Assembly (NCBI GenBank): GCA_963664225.1
Contig: OY760937.1
Location: 1,664,001 to 1,728,000, forward strand
Length of the DNA stretch: 64,000 nucleotides
Direction of reading: 5' to 3'
DNA from: Verrucomicrobiia bacterium
Lineage (GTDB): Bacteria; Verrucomicrobiota; Verrucomicrobiia; Limisphaerales; UBA1319
Shown: positions 9,648-18,104 of the stretch, in pieces
Numbering within the stretch: the stretch's first letter is position 1
Layout of the letters: the number at the start of each line of letters is the position of its first letter
Translations under genes and position numbers: made by a program
Notes under the pieces: model-generated
The model's database searches: none
What the model was told of the DNA's origin: nothing
What the model saw: the letters and a program-made list of their open reading frames with translations, nothing else

Positions 9648-10179
9648 GCAAACATTCTTCCAGCAACCTATCCAATCCCAGATCAACAGTCCATCGTTTC
9701 AAATAAAACTCATCAAAACCGGTTGCAAGCAGGTTCTTCACGTCGCGAAGCTGAACTTCCGAATGTGAATCCTTGGCCCAGAACAACTTGGAAATAATCA
9801 AATCCTCCTTGCTGACAATCCATGTGGTAAAATCCAAAAGTGTGATTTTCTGGCGTCGCTCAAATTCCGTCCGGCGGTATTCGCTACTCTTTCGCACGAT
9901 GCAGTCCACCTTGATCAAACTCTCCAAATGAACCAGATTGAAAATCGATTCGCAGGCCACAGACTCGCGCACGCTTTCTTCGCTCACATAATAGGCAGTT
10001 CCAAACAGGCGAATGATCGTCTCGACATCCCGCGCCACAAGGGCGACGACAAGATCAATATCGCGGGTCATTCGAGGCTGCGCGAAATAATTCATCGCCA
10101 TCGAACCTGTCAACATATACGGGATCCCCGCCTCCTCAAGCTTGCGAGAAACATCCCGAATTACATCAATCTCATTCAT
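9640..10179 (-). CDS. Nucleotidyltransferase-fold protein (DUF6036/AbiEii-like)
   Basis: Pol-beta-type motif GSMA...PRMTRDIDLV, plus EDLIISKL and a terminal D-V motif. Confidence 0.8.
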   Translation of the reverse strand: MNEIDVIRDVSRKLEEAGIPYMLTGSMAMNYFAQPRMTRDIDLVVALVARDVETIIRLFGTAYYVSEESVRESVACESIFNLVHLESLIKVDCIVRKSSEYRRTEFERRQKITLLDFTTWIVSKEDLIISKLFWAKDSHSEVQLRDVKNLLATGFDEFYLKRWTVDLGLDRLLEECLHD

Positions 10180-10474
10180 TTCGATTCCTACTCAACGATT
10201 TTAATACTCCCCGGCATATTGCCATGCATACGACCGACATTCCGAGCAATCTCACGCTCAGCCGCGCCCCAAACCGAGCTGAATGTTGAAACTCAAGCGG
10301 CTAGTCACCCTGCCCCAGGAATGTTTATCCCGCAATCCGCATCGCTCGCAAATAAAGGTAAAGGTATCAAACCATGATTTCGTTCGGTTTGAGCGCTTGA
10401 ATAAATCGCTGTTGGATGTTCGCTTTCACCCTGCCCTCCGCCGTCCTCCTTACGATCTTGAAATTAATTTCTCT

Positions 10475-10942
10475 ATCCGTGGCATCCGTCATATCCGTGG
10501 TTAAAAATCTGCCCCTGCCAACCCCACGCGGCGGCAGTTCCCAAAGCATCCAAACAACCCGGCATCTCTCAATACGCCTTCTCCCCGGGAAGGCAGGATG
10601 AGAATTCCCCTAACCCGAAATTTCGCGCATTGAACCCCTGAACCAAATATTTATGCATGTTGCTTGTAACGAGTGACATCCCCTTTGGGTTCTTGGGGAG
10701 GGCGTGCGTCAATGCCATTTTCCCTTTCGCATGGTTCGCATATTTCGTGGTTAAATTCCCTCTCTGAATTCCCAATTATCGGCGTTCATTCGCGGTTATT
10801 AGTTCTCCATGGTTAAATCTTTTCCTCCTGGTCCTAATCTGTGTTTCTCTGAGCCATCTGCGGATTTCCCCTGCTTATCCCAATCCGTGCCATCCGTGAT
10901 ATCAGTGGTTAAAAATCCTGCACATCCTGCTTATCCATGTTG
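10475..10942 (+). repeat. Cluster of co-oriented 9-10-nt-periodic triplet motifs, most ending GGTT(AAA)
   Basis: Examples: ATCCGTGGC-ATCCGTCAT-ATCCGTGGTTAAA (10475), TTTCGCATG-GTTCGCATA-TTTCGTGGTTAAA (10725), ATCCGTGCC-ATCCGTGAT-ATCAGTGGTTAAA (10883), ATCCTGCAC-ATCCTGCTT-ATCCATGTT (10916). Confidence 0.75.
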
Positions 10943-11023
10943 ATATATCTTCACCCACTTCTTTCCATGTAACTTGCAATGTGGGCTTGCTTCGATAAAT
11001 CGGACACAGAAGACACATATAGG

Positions 11024-11866
11024 TTATTTGGATATATTTTCAAAGTCAACAGGAGACATGTAATTGAGTGTGCTGTGTAAACGCTGTCGATTATAGAAGG
11101 TCTCGATGTAATCAAAGATGGCCTGTCGGGCCTGGGCTCGGGTCGCAAAGACCCGGCGATAAACCAGTTCTTGTTTAAGGGTGCTCCAAAAGGATTCCAT
11201 GGCCGCGTTGTCATAGCAGTTGCCACTGCGGCTCATGCTCGCCAGGGCACCGGAGGTTTCCATCGCCCGGCGATAATCCTGACTGGCATACTGGACTCCC
11301 CGGTCTGAATGAAAGAGCAATCCGGGTTCGGGTTGCCGCTGAATGCAGGCCATGTTCCAGGCCGACAGGACCAGTTCGGTGTCAATGTGCTCGCTCATGC
11401 CCCAACCCACGATGCGGCGGCTGTAAAGGTCTTCAATGCCAGCGAGATAGAGCCAGCCTTCATCGGTGGCAATGTAGGTGATGTCCCCGACCCAAGTCTG
11501 ATTGCGTTGGTCCGGTGGCGCGGCTTGAGCCAGCCGGTTGGGGGCAATGGGCTGATCATGATTGCTGTCGGTGGTTCGGACCTTGAAACGCTTTTTAGAA
11601 CGCGCCTGCAGGCCTTCCTGGCGCATTAAACGGGCGATGTGGTTGCGACCATGGCAGTGCCCCTGGTGCTTCAAGGCGATCTGGATGCGCGGGCTGCCAT
11701 AGGTTTTGCGGCTGCCATTGAAAATCGTTGTGATGGTCCCTTTCAATACGGCGTCCTGACGGGCACGCAACGAAGGCTGGATTTGCCGTCGGCACCAATC
11801 ATAGTAGCCGCTAAAAGACACATCAAAGGCCTCACAGAGCAGGCGGATGGGATGATCGACTTTCAT
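11024..11866 (-). CDS. IS3 transposase OrfB (rve/DDE)
   Basis: YGSPRI, WVGDITYI, HSDRGVQY, DNAAMESFWSTLKQE, YNRQRLHSTL. Confidence 0.95.
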   Translation of the reverse strand: MKVDHPIRLLCEAFDVSFSGYYDWCRRQIQPSLRARQDAVLKGTITTIFNGSRKTYGSPRIQIALKHQGHCHGRNHIARLMRQEGLQARSKKRFKVRTTDSNHDQPIAPNRLAQAAPPDQRNQTWVGDITYIATDEGWLYLAGIEDLYSRRIVGWGMSEHIDTELVLSAWNMACIQRQPEPGLLFHSDRGVQYASQDYRRAMETSGALASMSRSGNCYDNAAMESFWSTLKQELVYRRVFATRAQARQAIFDYIETFYNRQRLHSTLNYMSPVDFENISK

Positions 11867-12216
11867 CGCTTCAACCCGTTGATAGCGTTGCTCTGGGGGT
11901 CCGAAAGAATTCCCAACGTTTTTTTTAGAATCTCCCGCTGCTGGCGCACATAGTCCAGTTCGCGCAACAAAGCGGCATTGTCGGCCAGCAACTGCTCACG
12001 GGTCTTTGTTTCGGCTCCTTCCCCTGTTGGCAGCGGCACATATTTTGCGCGCCAGGCATAGAGCCGCTCCATTTTTATCCCCAACTCAGCCGCCACCGTG
12101 GCTGCCGATTTCCCGCTGGATTTCCAGAGGTTCACGGCTTCCTGCTTAAATGCAGAATCATACTTCGGATGAGTCTTGGAATCGGGAATCACAGATTGCT
12201 TCATACGGTTTTTCAT
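11863..12216 (-). CDS. IS3 transposase OrfA (HTH)
   Basis: KYDSAFKQEAV...VAAELGI...LYAW...EILKK. ATGA overlap with orfB, and an A8 slippery run at 11919-11926 (minus strand). Confidence 0.9.
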   Translation of the reverse strand: MKNRMKQSVIPDSKTHPKYDSAFKQEAVNLWKSSGKSAATVAAELGIKMERLYAWRAKYVPLPTGEGAETKTREQLLADNAALLRELDYVRQQREILKKTLGILSDPQSNAINGLKR

Positions 12217-12533
12217 TAAGTTTCGCTCCGCTCCTGTGTCCGTCAAATCGGGGCAACCTCATCCCTCCCAGCCCCAGCGGGGCGACATGTTTATCGGCCA
12301 TCCAAACGGATTCCCCAATTCCACCGCAGCTCGTCCGGTTACTGGCCCCCGGGCAACCCGGAACGGGTTGCATCACTCAGCCCCGGGTTGCCCGCCGGGG
12401 GCTACCCGGGGTCCTCGTCCCTCAGAATCCCCAACGCTGTAGGCGTTGAATCATATCCCATCCTGTCCACCCATGCATAAATGTCTTTTCTGCCATTATG
12501 CGTTCTTTTCCTTTGTGGTCTTTGAGCTCTCTG

Positions 12534-14500
12534 GAAAGCGCCAAGCAAAGTTTGGTGGCTGTAGTCAAATGCAACGAGTTGATCATGATAACAGGTCGAG
12601 AGTCATGTAGCCGCGTCCAAAGCGTGGTGGGGCGACCCGCCGCGTTCAAGCTGGGCAAGGCAAAGGTGCGAGCCGTAGCGTCTGCGAACTCGATTCAGCC
12701 TCGTTACTCTAAAGCGGGAGTGGCCAGCCTGTCAGAGAAGGTGAAGCCAGCATTGGAGGGGAAGATTCGACCAGAAGCACCCTTCAAGCTCCCCGGGGTC
12801 AGAGGAGACAGCGCGTACCCAAACAACCATCAGGAACTTGGGAGACCCTGCCTGAACCTCGGTCCCGAGACCGGGGAACGCACGTCGGGAAGCCATAACC
12901 GGCGGGCGCTCAGGATCAGGGAGTCGGACGGGCTCATAGTAGCTGCGAAATCCCGGTCAAGCCGGGATGGAGCCAAGGAGCCCTGGCCAGAGTCAAGCCG
13001 AGTCAGAGGGAACTGGAGCTGATTGAAGTGAAAACTTCCACGACAGAACAAGCGGTGGAGGAACTTTCCTTTCGGGAAGCGATCCTGCCGCCCAAACTTC
13101 AGGAACTGAGACAGAAGCTGGGCCGGAAAGCCAAACAAGAGAAGCGATTCCGCTTCTACAGCCTCTACGGACTGGTGTTCCTGCCGGAGGTGCTGCAAGC
13201 GGCATGGGCTGCGGTGCGGCGCAATGGCGGGGCACCGGGCGTGGACGGAGTGAGCATCGACCAGATCACCGCGACACCTGAAAGTGAAGCGGCGTTTCTG
13301 GGAACGATCAGGCAGAGCCTGCGGGACAAGACCTACCGCGCCCAACCGGTGCGGCGGGTCTATATACCGAAGGCAAACGGAAAACTGCGGCCACTGGGAA
13401 TCCCGACGGTGAAGGACCGGGTGGTGCAAGCGGCGGTATTGCTGATTCTGGAGCCCATCTTCGAAGCGGACTTTGAGGATTGTTCCTACGGGTTTCGGCC
13501 CGGACGGTCGGCGCACGACGCATTGCAAACCCTCCAAAAACACCTGAAGGAGGGGAAGAACGCAGTGTATGACGCGGACCTGTCCGGATACTTCGACAGC
13601 ATCCCTCACGACAAGCTTCTGGCTTGCGTGCGGATGCGCGTGGTGGACGGCGCGGTTTTGGGACTCATCCGGCAATGGCTGGCGGCCCCCGTGGTGGAAC
13701 CTCCCCAAGGAGAGGAACCGCCTCGGGTCAACCGCCGGGATCGGGGCACGCCGCAAGGCGGAGTCCTCTCTCCGTTACTGGCCAACATATACCTGCACTG
13801 GTTCGACCACCTGTTCCAAAGGGCGGATGGACCGGCGCACTGGGCGGATGCCCGGCTCGTTCGCTATGCGGACGACTTTGTGGTCATGGCCCGGTATATG
13901 GGTCCCAAGCTGCGAGCATGGATTGAGGAAAAGCTGGAGGGCTGGCTCACACTGGAAATCAACCGGGACAAAACCCGGGTGGTCAACGTCAACGAGCAAA
14001 GCCTGGACTTTCTGGGCTACACCTTCCGGTATGACCGGGATCAATTCGGCAGGGCGTTTCACTACCTCAACCTGTGTCCTTCGGGCAAGGCGATGGAACG
14101 GGAGAGGCAGGCGTTGCGACTGCTGATCAATGCCGGGCAAAGTCATACGCCGCTGCCGGAGTTGATCGGGCGGATCAACCGTCATTTGCGGGGTTGGAGC
14201 AACTACTTCAACCTCGGACAACCCCGACGGGCCTTTCGCCAGATCAACCACTTCGTGAGAGTGCGGCTGGGCAAACACCTGCGACGACGAAGCCAGCGGG
14301 GCTGGCGCGTCCGTCAGGGAGTCACGCTCTATGCCCATCTCGAAACACTGGGTCTGAAGGCATTGTGAATGCAATCTGGAAAAGACGACTCTGGCGAAAG
14401 CCGGATGTGGGAAATCTGCATGTCCGGTTTGACGAGGGAGAGGTGAGCGGCGGTCATTGGCCTTTGCGCCTTTCATCCCGTGCTCTCCTCTCTACTCTAC
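12534..14500 (+). mobile_element. Complete group II intron (1967 nt)
   Basis: Empty sites in the sister repeats read GAGCTCTCTG|CGGTTG. Domain V AAGCCGGATGTGGGAAATCTGCATGTCCGGTTT at ~14398-14430; domain VI with bulged A14494; ends AC. EBS1 CAGAGA (12733-12738) is complementary to IBS1 TCTCTG (12528-12533). Confidence 0.92.
13028..14368 (+). CDS. ltrA: Group II intron reverse transcriptase/maturase (no C-terminal endonuclease)
   Basis: [48 protein letters not shown], domain X GWSNYF; 446 aa. Confidence 0.95.
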   Translation: MKTSTTEQAVEELSFREAILPPKLQELRQKLGRKAKQEKRFRFYSLYGLVFLPEVLQAAWAAVRRNGGAPGVDGVSIDQITATPESEAAFLGTIRQSLRDKTYRAQPVRRVYIPKANGKLRPLGIPTVKDRVVQAAVLLILEPIFEADFEDCSYGFRPGRSAHDALQTLQKHLKEGKNAVYDADLSGYFDSIPHDKLLACVRMRVVDGAVLGLIRQWLAAPVVEPPQGEEPPRVNRRDRGTPQGGVLSPLLANIYLHWFDHLFQRADGPAHWADARLVRYADDFVVMARYMGPKLRAWIEEKLEGWLTLEINRDKTRVVNVNEQSLDFLGYTFRYDRDQFGRAFHYLNLCPSGKAMERERQALRLLINAGQSHTPLPELIGRINRHLRGWSNYFNLGQPRRAFRQINHFVRVRLGKHLRRRSQRGWRVRQGVTLYAHLETLGLKAL

Positions 14501-15658
14501 CGGTTGATTAATTCCTCCGAATCCTGTCCATCCTGATCATCCATGTCTGTTCTGAACATTTTTCGTCTGCCGAAGAACCTTGTCGTGCACCCAATTCTCC
14601 ATTCCCTGCATTATCGCATCCCTCCAAGCCCCAGCGGGGCGAAATCTTTATCGGCCATCCAAACCGATCCCCTAATTCCACCGCAGGTCGTCCGGTTACT
14701 GGCCCCCAGGGCAACCCGGAACGGGTTGCATCACTCAGCCCCGGGTTGCCCGCCGAGGGCTACCCGGGGTCCTCGTCCTTCAGAATCCCCAACGCTGTAG
14801 GCGTTGAATCATATCCCATCCTGTCCACCCATGCATAAATGTCTTTTCTGCCATTATGCGTTCTTTTTCTTTGTGGTCTTTGAGCTCTCTGCGGTTGATT
14901 AATTCCTCCGAATCCTGTCCATCCTGATCATCCATGTCTGTTCCGAACGTTTTTCGCCTGCCGAAGAACCTTGTCGTGCACCCAATTCTCCATTCCCTGC
15001 ATTATCGCATCCCTCCCAGCCCCGGCGGGGCGACATGTTTATAGCAAAAGCCACCTCTCGCGACCAATTCCAAGCCCCAGCGGGGCGACATGTTTATCCG
15101 CCATCCAAACGGATTCCCCAATTCCACCGCAGCTCGTCCGGTTACTGGCCCCCAGGCAACCCGGAACGGGTTGCATCACTCAGCCCCGGGTTGCCCGCCG
15201 GGGGCTACCCGAGGTCCTCGTCCCTCAGAATCCCCAACGCTGTAGGCGTTGAATCATATCCCACCCTGTCCACCCATGCATAAATGTCTTTTCTGCCATT
15301 ATGCGTTCTTTTTCTTTGTGGTCTTTGAGCTCTCTGCGGTTGATTAATTCCTCCGAATCCTGTCCATCCTGATCATCCATGTCTGTTCTGAACGTTTTTC
15401 GCCTGCCGAAGAACCTTGTCGTGCACCCAAAACCGAAGCTGTTGGATACTCCACCCCCTGTTTTCCCTGAAACCTCCGCGCCCCTTTTCCCCGCCCATAG
15501 CCTTCCGCTCCCCGCTGCTTCCCGCTGCTTCCCGCTGCCTCCCGCCGACCATTATTGCCTCACAAACCACTTGACGCTATTTTCATGGAGGCACACTCTG
15601 CGATTCAACACGGAGAAATGAGCACAAACATGATCAAACTTACCGGTTTTCTTGCCAT

Positions 15659-15757
15659 GGATAACCTCTCGCAACCGTCGCCAGCCGGTAGGTGCATTCA
15701 TATGTCTTCATCTCCGGTTCAATATCCCGACCGCTCGTCGCTTAATCACCGTTAGGC
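15659..15757 (+). other. Degenerate attC-like site 1
   Basis: GGATAAC...GTTAGGC (R' at 15751-15757), 6 nt before the first cassette ATG. Internal symmetry is poor. Confidence 0.5.
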
Positions 15758-15763
15758 TGAAGC

Positions 15764-16090
15764 ATGAAAAAGTTTGCAATAATTCTATCCGTTATAAACG
15801 CGCTCACGCTTTTCTATCTCATTTTCACGGCTAGAATAGAGCTTCCCCATTGGCAAGAGCCATTTGAGAAAATTAGGGAGAGGATTGCCGAATTTAAGCC
15901 GGCAACTTCAGAGCAGGAACTTTGGATTATGCTTTTGAAGTCAAATGTGGGAACGGCGGAAGGTTGGTCTAGGATTGTAATTAATGAGTATCGCAGGGGA
16001 GAAATACCTTTGCTTGTATTGACGATGTTTAATATTATTGGTTTTACTATTATGGCAATCAAACCATATACAACTAGCGTTAGAAAATGA
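15764..16090 (+). CDS. Cassette ORF: hypothetical 2-TM protein, AT-rich
   Basis: 108 aa, hydrophobic N- and C-termini, visibly low GC, lies between attC sites. Confidence 0.75.
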   Translation: MKKFAIILSVINALTLFYLIFTARIELPHWQEPFEKIRERIAEFKPATSEQELWIMLLKSNVGTAEGWSRIVINEYRRGEIPLLVLTMFNIIGFTIMAIKPYTTSVRK

Positions 16091-16094
16091 TTCA

Positions 16095-16200
16095 GCTTAA
16101 CCAGTCGCCGGAGCCAGTCACCGTTGGCGCTTGCCGTCCCGCTTCCCGCTATCGCGGTTCGCGTCGCGAGTCGGCGGTCGCTCAGCTTTTTTCGTTCGCC
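16095..16200 (+). other. attC site 2
   Basis: GCTTAAC-cagtcgccggagcc...ggcggtcgctcagctttttt-c-GTTCGCC. R'' nearly complements the upstream R' GTTAGGC. Confidence 0.85.
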
Positions 16201-16205
16201 TTAAG

Positions 16206-16655
16206 ATGAGACGCGTTACAAAAATTATTCTCACACTCGGCATTGCGGTAGCGGTAGCGGTCGCTGCACTCGTGCTTTTCGCGTTTAGCTCTGGTCGTGA
16301 AGACAAAGGGAAACATTTGACTCGTGTTGATTGGTTGCCGGCGGAAGCCAGCGATGTAACCTTCGTTAAAAGTGAAGGCTTCGGATGGTTCACTTGTTAT
16401 GAGTGCGGCCTGCCTAAAGAGGCGTTTGAACGTTTGGCCCAGAAAAAAAAGTGGAGGCCGGAGCCGAAGACCGACGTTTCCACGGGTTTACGGCACGTCC
16501 TTGGTCTTCCGGCGCTGAAAAAGACAGAATACGGAGACACCGATTCAGTCGCAAACGCCCTGTTCTACGAGAATCGCCAACCGAATGGCGGCGGCATCAC
16601 GGTCATTTACGATCTCGACGGCAATCGCTTGTTTGTCCATGAAAGCCACAGATAA
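16206..16655 (+). CDS. Cassette ORF: hypothetical exported or membrane-anchored protein
   Basis: ATG 5 nt after R'; N-terminal hydrophobic segment; stop just before the next R''. Confidence 0.8.
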   Translation: MRRVTKIILTLGIAVAVAVAALVLFAFSSGREDKGKHLTRVDWLPAEASDVTFVKSEGFGWFTCYECGLPKEAFERLAQKKKWRPEPKTDVSTGLRHVLGLPALKKTEYGDTDSVANALFYENRQPNGGGITVIYDLDGNRLFVHESHR

Positions 16656-16661
16656 GCCAAA

Positions 16662-16757
16662 GGCGAACCATCCGCATGCAGCTAACAGCCGCCTCCACAG
16701 TTGTCCGCAATTTGAGAGTATTGGGAGGACGGCTGTAACTGATGTGGAATTTTCGAC
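16662..16757 (+). other. attC site 3 (R' degenerate)
   Basis: R'' GGCGAAC is the exact complement of the cassette's own 5' GTTCGCC. Arms acagccgcctcc...ggaggacggctgt. R' reads TTTCGAC. Confidence 0.75.
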
Positions 16758-16765
16758 ATAACCTT

Positions 16766-17158
16766 ATGTGGCCATTTCGTAAGAACCATCGGGAGGAGGA
16801 CATTGACCAAAAGCGATTGAATGCCTTCGGCCCGCTCGCGGTAGTGTCATCCATGTGCATCGGCCCCCAGCGGTTCCCCGTCATGCACGGCATCAGGGAA
16901 GCACCCAATAACATCTCGGACAGTGGGTGGACACTTTCCAGCTGCCAGGAGTCGAAAGACTTCGCGGCAGATTCGAACAATTTCAAGCTCGTTCCGCTTG
17001 AGCGCATGATTGACACGGATTCGACGCTGGCGCTCCTCAAGGACTTACCCGTGGGAACGGAGATCACCCGCCGGGAGGTGTCCGAGCCCTGGCGGTTTAT
17101 TGTTGATAACAAGGTCGTAGACGAGGACGGGAGGGTCGTAGGAGGGTTGAGCGAGTGA
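16766..17158 (+). CDS. Cassette ORF: DUF2185/Imm33-like protein
   Basis: Pattern REAP...DSGW...LxLPVGT. Confidence 0.7.
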   Translation: MWPFRKNHREEDIDQKRLNAFGPLAVVSSMCIGPQRFPVMHGIREAPNNISDSGWTLSSCQESKDFAADSNNFKLVPLERMIDTDSTLALLKDLPVGTEITRREVSEPWRFIVDNKVVDEDGRVVGGLSE

Positions 17159-17160
17159 GC

Positions 17161-17258
17161 GCCGAACCCCTGGTTGAAGGCAACGCCGGACGGCCGCTTC
17201 AGTTCCGCTTTCTCGGTTTAAATCACAGGCCTGGCGTGTGTGAGTTCTGGCGTTGCGC
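17161..17258 (+). other. attC site 4
   Basis: GCCGAAC 2 nt after the stop; acgccgg...ctggcgt arms; cagttccgct...cggtt core similar to site 2; GTT box at 17252 (alternative at 17262). Confidence 0.75.
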
Positions 17259-17277
17259 GGCGTTCGCCACATGATAT

Positions 17278-17613
17278 ATGCAAGCCCAGCATTTCAAGAC
17301 CGATAGACGGTTGTGGGTTTGTTTTGCTTTGGTTGCTTTCGCAGCGCTTTGGTTTGTTCGCATGATTCCGTTTCCAGACGAGACAGTTCGCCCTTATGTG
17401 TGTTGGATTGCCATTTTTAAGACGCCGACAGCTTACGGTTGGGCTTGGAAAGATGGAGTTCATATCTTGAAAGAATTGCCTGGTATTATGTTGTTCATTT
17501 TAGTGATGTCCCTGATTTTAAGCATCCCATCATTGGTGATTGGTTGGGTGCTTCAAGGATTAGTTGTGTTTTATCGCCAGATCAAGATGGATAGGCATGA
17601 CCACACCGCCTAA
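17278..17613 (+). CDS. Cassette ORF: hypothetical membrane protein
   Basis: 111 aa, hydrophobic; stop lies in GCCTAA, an R''-like remnant. Confidence 0.7.
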   Translation: MQAQHFKTDRRLWVCFALVAFAALWFVRMIPFPDETVRPYVCWIAIFKTPTAYGWAWKDGVHILKELPGIMLFILVMSLILSIPSLVIGWVLQGLVVFYRQIKMDRHDHTA

Positions 17614-18097
17614 ATTTTTGCCAACCCAGGTCGCCAGCATTTTGCTCCTGGCATCAGCGGCGGCTCAGTCGTTCGTATGCGTCTTGATTGCTTGGATCGT
17701 TCCTCCAGCGTTTCACTCCATCTACCGCTTGAAGTCCTTGCATGAGGCATGGGACCTCATGCCGCCCATCACCCGATTCGCCTCGGAGAATTCGTGGCTC
17801 ATCGTCATTGCACTTGGAGCAGTGTGCCTCGGCTCGCTTCTGGCTCTGCGGCGCTTTCCAGAACGCACGATTCATTGCATGACAGTTGGTTTGTGTGCGG
17901 AGGGTTTTGTGACTTGGTTGGCCATGTTCTGTTTCTGCTTCGACGGTTTCACTGGCCCGATGAGCCTGCACCACGGCCCAGAGTTTGAGCTTCCGCAGTT
18001 CATATCCTTTGGAGCAGGAGTTTTCCCTGTGACACTCCTGCTTGTCGTAGCACCGATTATCGCTGCATTGTGGCCACGAGTGAATTCCAAACCATGA
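17597..18097 (+). CDS. Cassette ORF: hypothetical 4-TM protein
   Basis: Four hydrophobic segments; start uncertain. Confidence 0.65.
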   Translation: MTTPPKFLPTQVASILLLASAAAQSFVCVLIAWIVPPAFHSIYRLKSLHEAWDLMPPITRFASENSWLIVIALGAVCLGSLLALRRFPERTIHCMTVGLCAEGFVTWLAMFCFCFDGFTGPMSLHHGPEFELPQFISFGAGVFPVTLLLVVAPIIAALWPRVNSKP

Positions 18098-18104
18098 AGT
18101 TGTG

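Larger units (their letters stand above)
10982..12261 (-). mobile_element. IS3-family insertion sequence (1280 bp)
   Basis: TG...CA ends; 28-bp imperfect terminal IRs (20/28 match, shared CGGACACAG); contains orfA and orfB. No target duplication visible. Confidence 0.88.
12262..15430 (+). repeat. Three tandem copies of a ~391-445 bp non-coding mosaic unit (copy 1 interrupted by the group II intron)
   Basis: Near-identical units at ~12262-12533+14501-14617, ~14618-15008 and ~15009-15430. Equivalent positions 14501, 14892 and 15337 give periods of 391 and 445 bp. Confidence 0.92.

Noticed and set aside
10283..10980. Small ORFs between the NTase gene and IS3
   Set aside because: They are largely translations of the periodic repeats; no coding signal I can support.
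12498..13022. 174-aa ORF upstream of the RT
   Set aside because: It spans the exon-intron junction and ribozyme domains I-III, and is separated from the RT by a stop and a frame change.
13028..14368. DGR, retron or defence RT
   Set aside because: The RT has YADD and domain X and sits inside a full ribozyme with domains V/VI and an EBS1-IBS1 pair. The nearby repeats are non-coding and show no adenine-specific variation.
12534..14500. Group IIC-attC intron
   Set aside because: The insertion site is not in an attC; the nearest attC-like site is over 1.1 kb downstream.
12262..15430. CRISPR array
   Set aside because: Units are ~390-445 bp and near-identical throughout, with no unique spacers and no cas genes in the window.
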